The notes: a model not told the origin generated them from the letters alone. Shown: positions 10,311 through 20,561, numbered from the stretch's first letter. The stretch: 64,000 nucleotides of DNA from Candidatus Tayloriibacteriota bacterium (GCA_943350765.1 CALRAJ010000001.1:191066-255065); one strand, 5' to 3'. Made by a program: numbers and translations.

Positions 10311-10616
10311 TTACTTCCCTCTTTTTTCGTAGTATACATATGTACCAAAATCACCAATCTGCTTGATCAGCTTTTCCTGCTCCAGCTCCTCTAGATACCT
10401 CGTCGCAGTCGCATCTGACACCCCGCAGAGCTTTTGCACATCATCATTTTTCACCCGCCCATCCGCCACCAAATCAAAATACTCCAAAATCTTCCTCTTC
10501 TGCTCCGCTTTCTCCCCCGCCTGCCTCGCTATCAAACTTCCCACTCCATATTTCATCCTCCATATCAAAAGACCCACCACCAGCAGCACCAAGACTAAAA
10601 TTAAAATTGTGTTCAT
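10311..10616 (-). CDS. Small membrane-anchored winged-HTH (DeoR-like) protein
   Basis: N-terminal TM helix; NDDVQKLCGVSDATATRYLEEL. Confidence 0.75.
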   Translation of the reverse strand: MNTILILVLVLLVVGLLIWRMKYGVGSLIARQAGEKAEQKRKILEYFDLVADGRVKNDDVQKLCGVSDATATRYLEELEQEKLIKQIGDFGTYVYYEKRGK

Positions 10617-10649
10617 AGGGTTAGTATAACATTTTTATGGTTGTTCTAG

Positions 10650-10844
10650 CTACAAATCAAATACCTCCTCAATAGAACCCCTAATCGAATCGCGTATATC
10701 CTTTGCCAGCATTTCATCATATTCAACCATAGATAAGACTGACTGAACCTGCTCAACTAATAAACTTTTTACTCCAATATCTTTAGCCACCTCCCTAACC
10801 TCGTCTTCGGTTATTGTGAATCTTATAGATTTTATTTTTTCCAT
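10650..10844 (-). CDS. Hypothetical small protein
   Basis: Co-oriented ORF 35 nt after the DpnI-like gene. Confidence 0.6.
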   Translation of the reverse strand: MEKIKSIRFTITEDEVREVAKDIGVKSLLVEQVQSVLSMVEYDEMLAKDIRDSIRGSIEEVFDL

Positions 10845-10878
10845 ACCTGATCTTTGATCGAATCAGAAAGAAAGTCAA

Positions 10879-11643
10879 TTAGGATAGTTGATAAGTCCCA
10901 TTTCCGGTAAAAGTAAGGTAGTTCCTATCACGAAGAAACTGTAGTTGCTGGCGAATTTTATCTTTAATATGCTTGTTTTCTGGATGAATCTTCTGAAGCT
11001 CAGATTCAAATTCATACACATCAGCCAGAATAAATTCTTTTTTATTTATCGCATCAATACAATTCATAATATCCAAAATCCAACCCTTTGCATCGGCTTT
11101 TGTAACTTTCTTGAGAAATACAGTCTTTTGCCACTTATCTAATACTTCTTTTTTGTCTATCTCCCTACCGTCTTCCACATAAAAGATTTGCCCCGCTTTA
11201 GGAATTTTTGAAAAGAGAATGTTTGAACCCACCCAGCCCGCCCTTCGGGCAGTTTTTTTTAAAGGATTTCTTTTCTCGATAATTTCAGAAATGAAAAAGT
11301 GCTTCGGCACCACAAAGAAATCATTCACAGACAAAGATTCCGAGTATCCCATGAAAAAAAAGTTCGGTTTAGTCTTAGAGTTTATTCTTTCAATCATTTT
11401 AGAATACGCTCCGGCAGGCACAGTCTTTCCAATCTTTCCTTTCTTCGACTTTAGCTCAAAATCTTCACTGCACTTTTTGCAATAAAAATCTGCAACTGGT
11501 TTATTATTCGTATAGTTATAAATCTGGTCTCCACAACCTGGGCAAAAAATAAAACTCTCTACCCATACCTCAGTCATCACACGAATCTTTTGTGATTGGC
11601 TTGTATAGTTATTTGCAAGTTGTGTGTCGAATGATGATTCCAT
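10879..11643 (-). CDS. DpnI-family (Dam-replacing) methylation-dependent restriction endonuclease
   Basis: SQKIRVMTE, CPGCG, NKPVADFYCKKC, ELKSK, ARRAGWVG, KIRQQLQFLRD; 254 aa, like DpnI. Confidence 0.92.
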   Translation of the reverse strand: MESSFDTQLANNYTSQSQKIRVMTEVWVESFIFCPGCGDQIYNYTNNKPVADFYCKKCSEDFELKSKKGKIGKTVPAGAYSKMIERINSKTKPNFFFMGYSESLSVNDFFVVPKHFFISEIIEKRNPLKKTARRAGWVGSNILFSKIPKAGQIFYVEDGREIDKKEVLDKWQKTVFLKKVTKADAKGWILDIMNCIDAINKKEFILADVYEFESELQKIHPENKHIKDKIRQQLQFLRDRNYLTFTGNGTYQLS

Positions 11644-11674
11644 TTTTTTATTTTATTTGGGTAAAAACTTTGAT

Positions 11675-12808
11675 TTATTCATTCGTAAAAAGCTCCAAGT
11701 ACTTTTTGTACTCAAAATCACGACCGTAGGTAGTAAGTCGGTCACGCTGTACAAGAATGCCGATACGCACAAGCTCGCTCACCAATGTATTTGCAGCAGG
11801 ACGAGAAAGTCCTGTCCACTCTTCCACCTTTCGCACATTCACAATAGGAAGTTTATATAACCCCCGAAGCACAGTGAGACCATTTTTTGCTCGACTACTG
11901 CCAAGAGCCATGACTTTGGCCATATCTTTTTCTCTGAGAGCAGTAATGGCACGAGATGTTACCACCGCTTGATCAGCGACAGTTGCAACTCCTTCCAAAA
12001 AGAAATTAATCCATGGAATAATTTCGCCTTTATTATGGTACCCTTCGAGCAAATCGAAGTATGCCTCACGATTCCTTCTAAAGAAAGCGGAAAGATATAG
12101 AACCGGTCGTTCCAAAATCCCTTGTTGACAGAGATAGAAGGTAACGAGCAACCGTCCGACTCGCCCATTACCATCAAGAAAGGGGTGAATAGTTTCAAAT
12201 TGAGCATGCATAAGAGCTGTTTTAATTAATGGTGGTATATCAATATCAGCATGCAAAAACTTTTCAAAATCGTCGAGGGTACGATTCATTTCATGTACTG
12301 GCGGAGGAACAAACCGAGCTGTCGCAGGAGAACCTCCACCAATCCAATTTTGGGTACGGCGAAATTCACCAGGAGTCTTCCCTAGTGCATCACCAGTACC
12401 CTCTAATAATGTTTTGTGCACTTCCTGAATAAGTCTAAGTGAAAGTGGTAATGATTCCAGTCGACGCAGACCTTGGTTCATTGCATCTATATAATGTAAA
12501 ATTCGGTCGACATCTTTCGGTAAATCTTTTGTGATTTCAATCTCCGCACGAATAGCATCACTCATAGTTGCTTGTGTACCCTCAATCTCACTCGAAAGTG
12601 CCGCTTCTTTGCGGGCATACATAAATATAAACAAATCTAGATCGGGAAGTAGCTGAGTAATTCCATCAAGCTTACCCACAGATAAAGCTGCTCGAGCATG
12701 AAGCATATGAGTAAGTTTCAAGAAAATAGGCATTTCCACAAATGGAAACGGTCCGGGGATAAAAGCTTTGTAGCCTTGGGGTTGTTGTATAAATTGACCT
12801 ATTTTCAT
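11675..12808 (-). CDS. Fic family protein with C-terminal wHTH
   Basis: HPFLDGNGRVGR Fic motif; SSEIEG autoinhibitory motif. Confidence 0.93.
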   Translation of the reverse strand: MKIGQFIQQPQGYKAFIPGPFPFVEMPIFLKLTHMLHARAALSVGKLDGITQLLPDLDLFIFMYARKEAALSSEIEGTQATMSDAIRAEIEITKDLPKDVDRILHYIDAMNQGLRRLESLPLSLRLIQEVHKTLLEGTGDALGKTPGEFRRTQNWIGGGSPATARFVPPPVHEMNRTLDDFEKFLHADIDIPPLIKTALMHAQFETIHPFLDGNGRVGRLLVTFYLCQQGILERPVLYLSAFFRRNREAYFDLLEGYHNKGEIIPWINFFLEGVATVADQAVVTSRAITALREKDMAKVMALGSSRAKNGLTVLRGLYKLPIVNVRKVEEWTGLSRPAANTLVSELVRIGILVQRDRLTTYGRDFEYKKYLELFTNE

Positions 12809-12878
12809 ATCTTTACATCATCTATGTAGATGTAAAGATATTAGCATAATACTTAACATCACACAAGGAGATGTAAAG
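12807..12878. promoter_or_regulatory. Two operator-like palindromes CTTWACATC-N9-GATGTAAAG
   Basis: Copies at 12811-12837 and 12852-12878, at the fic start and promoter. Confidence 0.65.
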
Positions 12879-12951
12879 CCTAACTTGTGGATAAGACATG
12901 GTTTGCCAGCAGTGCATGTATATACCCTTTATTTAAGCCATATTTTGGTCT

Positions 12952-12980
12952 AAAGGCTCAACGGTACCCGTTGAGCCTTT
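12952..12980. repeat. Family A palindrome, empty form
   Basis: aaaggctcaacgg-tac-ccgttgagccttt. Confidence 0.85.
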
Positions 12981-13061
12981 GAAGCTATAAACGCTCTAAA
13001 AATAGCGAAATTGCTTTGCCAGACATTATGCTATAATAATCGCACCTATAAAAATACAAAT

Positions 13062-14057
13062 ATGTTCAACAAACCTTTTGATTTTGTGGCGGTGGGAGAT
13101 ATTACGACCGATGCATTTATAAAAATAAAAGACGCACATCTGACTTGTGCTATCAACAACACTAAATGCGAAATCTGCCTGAAATTTGCCGACAAAGTAC
13201 CATTTGAGTCTGTTACCGAAGTCAAAGCTGTCGGTAACAGTGCCAATGCTTCCGTATGTGCCTCACGACTCGGTATTAGTTCAGCCCTAGTCAGTGATAT
13301 AGGGCAAGATGAAAATGGTAAAAATTGTCTCACTGAGCTTTCAAAAAATAAAGTCTCGACAAAATACATTTCGACTCATCGAAACATGGCCACCAACTAT
13401 CATTATGTCCTCTGGTACCAAGATGAGCGGACTATCCTAGTCAACCACAAAGAGTATCCATACAGTCTACCGAAAATAGTGACACCAAAGTGGGTATACC
13501 TGAGCTCACTCGCTTCAAACTCCCTCGACTACCATCTCGAAATCATAGCCTTTCTCAAAACACATCCAGAGACCAAGCTCGCCTTTCAGCCCGGGACTTT
13601 CCAGATGAAACTTGGCAAAGAAAAGCTTGCCGAGCTCTATGCCCTGTCAGAAGTATTTGTTTGTAATGTAGAAGAATCACAACGCATCCTAGGGACATCA
13701 GAAACCAATATCAAAAATCTACTCTCCAGCATGCGTGCCATCGGCCCGAAAATAGTACTCATTACCGATGGCCCAAAAGGTGCCTACATGGACGACGGCA
13801 CGACGCAGTACTTTATGCCCATCTACCCAGACCCAAAACCACCTTTTGAGAGGACTGGCTGTGGCGATGCCTTTGCCTCGACTTTTGTCACTGCCCTCGC
13901 ACTCGGCAAGACCCCTCTCGAGGCACTGATGTGGGCACCGATAAATCCGATGTCTGTAGTACAATATGTAGGTGCTCAGGAAGGGCTTCTCGATAGGATA
14001 ATACTAGAAAAGCTCCTCGCCGAAGCACCAGCCGATTACAAACCGAAAGTTATTTAA
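13062..14057 (+). CDS. PfkB-family carbohydrate kinase
   Basis: GNSANAS, ITDGPKGA, ERTGCGDAFAS. Confidence 0.9.
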   Translation: MFNKPFDFVAVGDITTDAFIKIKDAHLTCAINNTKCEICLKFADKVPFESVTEVKAVGNSANASVCASRLGISSALVSDIGQDENGKNCLTELSKNKVSTKYISTHRNMATNYHYVLWYQDERTILVNHKEYPYSLPKIVTPKWVYLSSLASNSLDYHLEIIAFLKTHPETKLAFQPGTFQMKLGKEKLAELYALSEVFVCNVEESQRILGTSETNIKNLLSSMRAIGPKIVLITDGPKGAYMDDGTTQYFMPIYPDPKPPFERTGCGDAFASTFVTALALGKTPLEALMWAPINPMSVVQYVGAQEGLLDRIILEKLLAEAPADYKPKVI

Positions 14058-14069
14058 ATCTAGTGTGCT

Positions 14070-14228
14070 TACAAAAATCGTTGAAGGTGTATGTTTCTAA
14101 GGGGGTTCGCAAGCGCGACGGCGGGAGATTTCAGGAAAAAATTAGCAAATTTTTATCCGTACCCCGTCTACAGGTGCCTATCCCTAAACCATAGGCCTTA
14201 GAAACATATACCGAGAAAGATTTTTGTA
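14070..14228 (+). repeat. Family C structured element, copy 2 (with extra gtctacaggtgcctatcc module)
   Basis: tacaaaaatc-gttgaa-ggtgtatgtttctaagg...ccttagaaacatatacc-gagaaa-gatttttgta. Confidence 0.85.
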
Positions 14229-14244
14229 TCCCCATATAAAAACC

Positions 14245-15765
14245 ATGCAGAACCTACAGAAAAAAACCACCATACTCATAATTCTCGATGGCTGGGGCTA
14301 TCGTGAGGACAAAACTCACAATGCTATCGCACAGGCTAAAACTCCCATCTTTGATTCTCTCTGGAAAAAATATCCGCATGCCCTTCTCGAAGCCTCTGGT
14401 CTCCATGTCGGTCTTCCCCATGGGCAGATGGGTAATAGTGAAATAGGTCATACCACTATCGGTGCAGGCAAAGTGATAGATACTGACCTCGTGCGCATTG
14501 CAAAGGCTATCGAAAACAATGAGTTCAAGGATAATCCAGCTTTTAAGAAGCTTTTTACCCATGTCAATAAACACAGCTCGACTCTCCATATAAAAGGTCT
14601 ACTCTCGGACGGCGGTGTACACAGCCACCACGACCATCTCCATGCCTTTTTAAAAACTGCAAAAGAAGCGGGTGTAAATAAAATAGCTATTCATGTTTTT
14701 ACTGATGGTAGAGACACTGCTCCACAGAGTGCAAAAGGATATTTACAGAAACTTGAAAAAAGCATCGAGGATCTAGGTATTGGTTTTATCGCCACCGCTT
14801 CGGGAAGATTTTATGCCATGGATAGAGATAACAACTGGGACAGACTAGCCAAGGCAGAGGAAGTATTTTTTCATGGCAAAGGTCAGTCGCATAAAAACAT
14901 AAAACCCTCAGAAGTCATGAGCGAGCTTTACACAAAAGGGGTACTGGACGAACACCTCGAGCCTATTATTTTTCTCGATGAAAATGGTAAAAGCTATACT
15001 GTAGAGAAAAATGATGGCGTGTTTTTCTATAATTTCCGCTCAGATAGAGCGCGAATGCTTTCTAGTAAAATAGCCGAGAGAAAAAATCGTGATAATCTGT
15101 GCTTTGTAACCATGACAGAATACGAAAAATCCCTGCCGGCCGAGATTGCCTTTCCTATTATCGAAATCGAGACTACACTCGCAAAGGAAATCTCCAGTGC
15201 GGGCCTAACGCAGGCCCATATTGCTGAAACTGAAAAGTTCCCTCATGCAACTTATTTTTTAAACGGTGGTAAACAAGATCCCTACCCAGGTGAAGAACAT
15301 ATCATGCTCGCAAGTAGAAAGGACATTAAAACACACGACCTTGCCCCAAAAATGCGTGCTGAGGCTATAGCAGACAAGGCCATCGAACAAATCGAGAAAA
15401 GTACTGACTTTATTTTTATTAACTTTGCCAATCCAGATATGGTGGGACATACAGCCAATGTGCCTGCCATCATAGAAGCCATCGAGGAGGTGGATACCCA
15501 GCTCGGTCGAGTTATCTCAGTACTCGAGAAAAATAGTGGTGTAGCCTTTATCACCGCGGACCATGGTAATGCTGAAGTAAATATTGACCCCAGCACTGGA
15601 GAAAAACACACCTCGCATACAATTAATCCCGTACCTGCCATACTTACTGATATCAAAATACACAAACTTTCAAATGGAAGCCTTGTGGACATCACACCCA
15701 CCATTCTAAAACTCATGGCAATCCCCCAACCCATATCCATGACAGGTAAAACCTTGGTAGTATAA
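14245..15765 (+). CDS. gpmI: 2,3-bisphosphoglycerate-independent phosphoglycerate mutase
   Basis: IILDGWG, GQMGNSEIGH, DGGVHSH, GRFYAMDRD, NPDMVGHT, ADHGNAE. Confidence 0.97.
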   Translation: MQNLQKKTTILIILDGWGYREDKTHNAIAQAKTPIFDSLWKKYPHALLEASGLHVGLPHGQMGNSEIGHTTIGAGKVIDTDLVRIAKAIENNEFKDNPAFKKLFTHVNKHSSTLHIKGLLSDGGVHSHHDHLHAFLKTAKEAGVNKIAIHVFTDGRDTAPQSAKGYLQKLEKSIEDLGIGFIATASGRFYAMDRDNNWDRLAKAEEVFFHGKGQSHKNIKPSEVMSELYTKGVLDEHLEPIIFLDENGKSYTVEKNDGVFFYNFRSDRARMLSSKIAERKNRDNLCFVTMTEYEKSLPAEIAFPIIEIETTLAKEISSAGLTQAHIAETEKFPHATYFLNGGKQDPYPGEEHIMLASRKDIKTHDLAPKMRAEAIADKAIEQIEKSTDFIFINFANPDMVGHTANVPAIIEAIEEVDTQLGRVISVLEKNSGVAFITADHGNAEVNIDPSTGEKHTSHTINPVPAILTDIKIHKLSNGSLVDITPTILKLMAIPQPISMTGKTLVV

Positions 15766-15770
15766 AACAG

Positions 15771-16784
15771 ATGAATACTGACAAAAAACATCCTTCCCAG
15801 ATTTTAACACTACTTCTCGTGGTTATGGTGGCGAGTGTATTTTTTTACACTGAAAGAAATCACATAGACAAAGAATCGTCTCTAGCAAGCTCACTCAGCT
15901 CACAACAAGAGATGCTCGAAAAGTATCATGTTGAAATCAACAAATTAAAACTTGAAGCGGAGAAACAAACAAAAAAGATAGCAGAGGTTGAAAACACCTC
16001 CTCAGAAAATAACCAGGTAATAAATAAAACTATCAAAAAGGCTGAGTTAGAAAATAAAATTATTGAAAATAAAGCAACTCAAAAAATATCTGCCCTAGAG
16101 GCAAAACTGGCAAACAGTCCAAAAGATTTAATCCGTATTATAGGAGAGTGGAAGCCACGGGTTGCAAAAATATCCTGTATCTGGAAGGACACTTCTGGTA
16201 AAACATACGCTACTGGTGGTGGCTCTGGATTTATTTTTAAAGAAAATACAGAATCCGTCGAACACACATGGGTTTTGACAAATAAACATGTATTTCTTGA
16301 TAATAATAAATACACACCCTACACCTGTACCATCAAACTGCCTGAGCTAGAGAGTGGACTGGAAATAGATTTTAAATCAGGTAATTATCATATAATTGAA
16401 CCACTTGATATCGGCCTCATAGAAGTAATCAATCCTGATACATACATAAAATCATTGACTACCGTAAAAAAGACATTTACTGAAGTATTTTGCCAGTACA
16501 AAGCCTCACTCGGTGAGAAAATCGCAATACTCGGCTACCCTACTATCGGTACAATTGGCGACATCACAGCTACTGAAGGGATCATTTCGGGTTATGATGG
16601 TGACTTCTATATTACCTCTGCAAAGATTGAGCGTGGTAACTCTGGTGGCATAGCCCTATCAATAGAAAAAAACTGTATCCTCGGTATTCCAACCTTTGCT
16701 AAAAAAGGCGAGATTGAAACCTTAGGTAGAATACTTACAACTCAAGCTATTTTTAAGGCTTGGAATGTACAACTGGGTCAATAA
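15771..16784 (+). CDS. Membrane-anchored trypsin-like serine protease
   Basis: TM helix plus coiled coil; GSGF, LTNKHV, D, GNSGG catalytic triad. Confidence 0.85.
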   Translation: MNTDKKHPSQILTLLLVVMVASVFFYTERNHIDKESSLASSLSSQQEMLEKYHVEINKLKLEAEKQTKKIAEVENTSSENNQVINKTIKKAELENKIIENKATQKISALEAKLANSPKDLIRIIGEWKPRVAKISCIWKDTSGKTYATGGGSGFIFKENTESVEHTWVLTNKHVFLDNNKYTPYTCTIKLPELESGLEIDFKSGNYHIIEPLDIGLIEVINPDTYIKSLTTVKKTFTEVFCQYKASLGEKIAILGYPTIGTIGDITATEGIISGYDGDFYITSAKIERGNSGGIALSIEKNCILGIPTFAKKGEIETLGRILTTQAIFKAWNVQLGQ

Positions 16785-16837
16785 TTTCTGTAATACTGTA
16801 TAAAAATGGTGTAGATAATATGGCAGTTTCTGAACAT

Positions 16838-18109
16838 TTACACCCCCATATCTTTTTCCCCATGTATTGCGACACCGACAAATTTAAAGAAAAGTATTAG
16901 AGAAGTAAGCCAAAAAGCTCCGAGCGCAAACCCAGCTATCACATCAGAGACCCAGTGCACATTGAGATACACTCGACTAAAACCAACAAGTAGAAAAAGT
17001 AAAAGGCTTGATATACCAAAAACCTCACGACTGATCCTGTTTTGTATTCTACTACCAAAAACATATATTAATGAACAGAAAAAGATAACCGCGAGTGTAG
17101 CATGACCACTCGGAAAACTAAACCCAGTCTCAAGTACTACCGAATTTTCTGGCCTAGCTCGCTCGACGAACTGCTTTAGTAAGGCTTGAAAAAATGCTCC
17201 CCCCAAAAGACCAAAGGATAGAACTAGTGCATGATGAATTCTTTTTTTCCACATCAAAAAACAGGCTATCACAAGACTTACTATAATGAGATTGACTGGA
17301 CTAAAAAGATTTGTAAAGCTTGTAAAAAAATTCACTCCGAGGATGCTTTGGATATCGAACATCCGTAGATTGACCCATACATCAAGCTGTGCCAAAGATG
17401 ATTCCTTACTGAATACATCCTGCATTGTTTTAAAAAATATATAAAGTGAAGTGATGTTTACAACAAGAGTATAAAAATGATATTTTGCAAAAACATGACT
17501 CTGCTTATTTGCAAAACGGTAACCCCAGATAATCAAAAGACTCAAGATCACAGCAATACCTAAAAATTTACCTATATACTGTGCAGCTATTTCGTAACTA
17601 GCACCAAAAATATATCCAATGAGCACTGAGGACACTGACCATAAAATACCCCCAGCAATGTTATATAGCCAAAATTTATGTACATGAACATCCCCCGCTC
17701 CAGCCAAGAAGGGGGCGAACGCACGGGTTATAGGACTAAATCTGCCAATGACAAGTGCCTTGCCTGTATGCTGATTCATCTTGTCTTTAACTTTTTGAAA
17801 ATATGTATCAGTAACAAAAAAATATTTACCAAATCTGCCAATAAGTCCGTCACCATACTTTTTACCCAAAAAATAACCCACCACATCTCCGATAATAGCC
17901 CCGAGAGATACCAGTATCAAAACTGGCCAAATATTTAGTGTTCCGAGACGCACTAAAAATCCACTCAAAATCACCAATGAGTGTCCTGGTATAAATGTTC
18001 CGACAAGTGGGAGAGCTTCAACTACAGCCACTAAAAATAGTACGATATATGCTCCATACCCCAGCGTGTCGAGTGGAATACTATTTATCAGTGAGTGTAG
18101 GTTAAACAT
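16838..18109 (-). CDS. DedA/PAP2 bifunctional membrane protein
   Basis: DedA GRFSPITR..GA; PAP2 K..ERARP, SFPSGH, SRVYLNVHW. Confidence 0.92.
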   Translation of the reverse strand: MFNLHSLINSIPLDTLGYGAYIVLFLVAVVEALPLVGTFIPGHSLVILSGFLVRLGTLNIWPVLILVSLGAIIGDVVGYFLGKKYGDGLIGRFGKYFFVTDTYFQKVKDKMNQHTGKALVIGRFSPITRAFAPFLAGAGDVHVHKFWLYNIAGGILWSVSSVLIGYIFGASYEIAAQYIGKFLGIAVILSLLIIWGYRFANKQSHVFAKYHFYTLVVNITSLYIFFKTMQDVFSKESSLAQLDVWVNLRMFDIQSILGVNFFTSFTNLFSPVNLIIVSLVIACFLMWKKRIHHALVLSFGLLGGAFFQALLKQFVERARPENSVVLETGFSFPSGHATLAVIFFCSLIYVFGSRIQNRISREVFGISSLLLFLLVGFSRVYLNVHWVSDVIAGFALGAFWLTSLILFFKFVGVAIHGEKDMGV

Positions 18110-18123
18110 CTAAAGTTTTAACC

Positions 18124-18879
18124 TTATTTAAGAGCAAATGACGCCTTTACCGTAAGCATGATATCCTTTTCGATCTTTGACATGTCGTATGACCCATAAT
18201 CATTTATTTCGTTTGAATTTTTACTCAACACCTGCACTACGCCACTCGAAGCAGACCTAAGTGAGCCGATACGCTTGCCACCACTTTCGGCTATTTTTGA
18301 AGCTCGAGCCTGTGCGTCCTGTATTGCACTTCCGAGGAGTGATACTCTGAGCTCACTAAGTTTTGAATATGAGTATTCGATACCTGTGGTTGAAAATATT
18401 ACACCTTTTTCAATGAGTTCCTGAGTGTTTTTTGCCACATTAGTAACTCGAGTAACATCTTTTGAATTAATCTCTACATTTTGTCGCAATACATACTCTT
18501 TGTCCGTCCCAGATGATGTAGCTGGATTATAATCATATACTTGATCCATAAAAACTGGTGAGATATCTATCTCGTCGGCTTTGATACCCTTTGCTGTTAA
18601 GAAGTTTTTTACTTGGACTAGGTCACTGTCTATCTTTGAATAACCCGACTTCAAAGCACTGAGTTTTGTGGTTCTGTTAAAAACAGCCGTCCATTTTACA
18701 GTATCTGATACTACTGCCGTACGCACCGAGCCAGTTACCGAAAGCTCATCCCAAAGTGAGCGAGTTTGGTAAAAGGTATAGGAAGCAATAATAGTACTGA
18801 GGATTATTGCCGTACCGAGCAGAAGCCCTGGATTTCGAGCAATAAAATTATTTTGTTTTTTTGAAGTGTCAATAGCCAT
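18124..18879 (-). CDS. SIMPL (DUF541) domain protein
   Basis: LSVTGS, AIQDAQARASKIA, GSLRSASSGVVQ. Confidence 0.85.
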   Translation of the reverse strand: MAIDTSKKQNNFIARNPGLLLGTAIILSTIIASYTFYQTRSLWDELSVTGSVRTAVVSDTVKWTAVFNRTTKLSALKSGYSKIDSDLVQVKNFLTAKGIKADEIDISPVFMDQVYDYNPATSSGTDKEYVLRQNVEINSKDVTRVTNVAKNTQELIEKGVIFSTTGIEYSYSKLSELRVSLLGSAIQDAQARASKIAESGGKRIGSLRSASSGVVQVLSKNSNEINDYGSYDMSKIEKDIMLTVKASFALK

Positions 18880-18990
18880 ATATTTTTATTATATTAACTA
18901 ATAATTGAACTACCTATCGCCCGCCACACACTCTTTTTCAAGAAATCAACCACAACCCTAGTATACCTCTAAAACAGGATTCGGTCTACC

Positions 18991-19836
18991 TCACCCGAGC
19001 ATATACAAATCCTGATTATACTCCCCGACCCCTATATACTCCGCCTCACCTTTAATGATTTTTTCAAATGGTTTACAGGCAAAACAACCGCCCTTACCCC
19101 TAGGACACTCATAAACCACAGATTCCCTAGCTGTCTTTACCTGCCTAGCAACTTCTATTACTTTTTTGTAGGATTCTTCGACAGAAGGTAGCTCGACAGC
19201 TATAGGTGCGTCATCCTTGTCCAAATACCAGTAGTAGGCACCTGTTACTTTTCTTTTCTGTAATTTATTCAAAAGTAGCTGGTAAATAGGTAGCTGGAGC
19301 GACTCGCCACTCTCCTCATTTTTACCAGTCTTAAAATCGAGTACTCGGATACTATCATCCTCTGGGACATACTCAAGCCAATCTATCTTTCCACAAAGAA
19401 TAATATTTTCTTCTTCCGATAGAAAAAAATTGGGTGGCATGTCATTATCACCGCCTTTTAATTTTAAAGCTTTATTTAAAAGTGGTCCAGGATTTCTCAA
19501 GACTCGCAAAATCATCTCCTTGCCACGATTTTTTGCCTCTAGCTCGTCAGTTTCGTTTTTAAAGCCACCAGCCTTGCCTCTGACTTTTTGCCAAGCCTTT
19601 TCATACAGCTCTAAAAGTGGCTGTTTGAATCTTTCCTCAGCTTTAAAATTTGCAAGGCCTTCTACAACCTCATGTACTGATACCCCGAGAGCTAGTGGTG
19701 GGCTAACGATATTTATTTTTCTTTTTGTTTTTGGATCCTTATATACATTATGCAAAAAATAGGCACGGGGACATTTGATAAAATCCCCCATTGATGAGTG
19801 CGACACCCACACAGCTTTATATTTGTCTTGAGCCAT
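18991..19836 (-). CDS. PD-(D/E)XK nuclease (RecB/Cas4-like)
   Basis: SHSS..CPR, GKIDW..VLDFKTG, QLPIY, C-terminal Cys cluster. Confidence 0.88.
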   Translation of the reverse strand: MAQDKYKAVWVSHSSMGDFIKCPRAYFLHNVYKDPKTKRKINIVSPPLALGVSVHEVVEGLANFKAEERFKQPLLELYEKAWQKVRGKAGGFKNETDELEAKNRGKEMILRVLRNPGPLLNKALKLKGGDNDMPPNFFLSEEENIILCGKIDWLEYVPEDDSIRVLDFKTGKNEESGESLQLPIYQLLLNKLQKRKVTGAYYWYLDKDDAPIAVELPSVEESYKKVIEVARQVKTARESVVYECPRGKGGCFACKPFEKIIKGEAEYIGVGEYNQDLYMLG

Positions 19837-19926
19837 AGATCAGTATAGTTTAGCATACTGGAATAATAGTGCGGGGATTTGTTAAATTAAAAATGTTTTG
19901 CACAGAACAGATATAGAAAAAATAGA

Positions 19927-20356
19927 CAAAAAAATAACCGCCGATATCTACACCTGTAGACTCAGCGGTTACCAGAAAATTACCCTACAACGGTGGTATG
20001 CCGTTGCATCTGGTGGACGGGCCTGGATTTCTCACAGGATTCGGGGACTTATAAACTTCGCCCCCTTCATAACTTCATTCGAATTCCTTTCCGACAACTG
20101 ACGAGACTCGTCGCACCTCAATGGACGGTGTGCGACATGATTTCGCTAAATCAGCTGTCTATTTTTGGCCGTTTTGCGTAGACAATTTTCTCAGTGCTTT
20201 CGATTTTGCCTAGGTCGCACCCACCACTAGGCTGTCTTAATTGACTGACACAATCAGGTACATACACTCGATACGAATATGAATAAGTTTCATACTTTGT
20301 TAAGGAACAGCGTCGCTCTTGGCTGGACAACCTGTCGAAGTCTTAAGCTGACGGTA
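19927..20356 (-). ncRNA. Candidate structured ncRNA, about 350-430 nt, with tRNA-like ...CCCGTCCACCA element; family unknown
   Basis: Promoter TTGACA (20389-20384) and TGcTATACT (20370-20362); multiple hairpins; terminator at about 19927-19971; no long minus-strand ORF. Confidence 0.5.
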
Positions 20357-20561
20357 GATACAGTATAGCATATACAGATTATTTGTCAAGCTTTTTTCAC
20401 ACTTTAGATCACTTTTAACAGTCAAATCTCTAAAATATGGCTCTAGATATAGCTATTCTCCAGACCTCCAAAATAGGTATGGTCGACAAAAATTGTATAA
20501 AATACCATCTATAAGGTTGCTTCGCTCTATTGGCCGATACCGAGGAAGATACCTCGGTACG

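Noticed and set aside
19898-20181. Short plus-strand ORFs
   Set aside because: No RBS or motif; they are antisense to the promoter-terminator-bounded structured unit.
20011-20356. Confident tmRNA, tRNA or group I/II intron call
   Set aside because: The acceptor stem cannot form with the 5' end, there is no tag peptide, and no P7 or domain V motif is visible. Kept only as an unknown ncRNA candidate.
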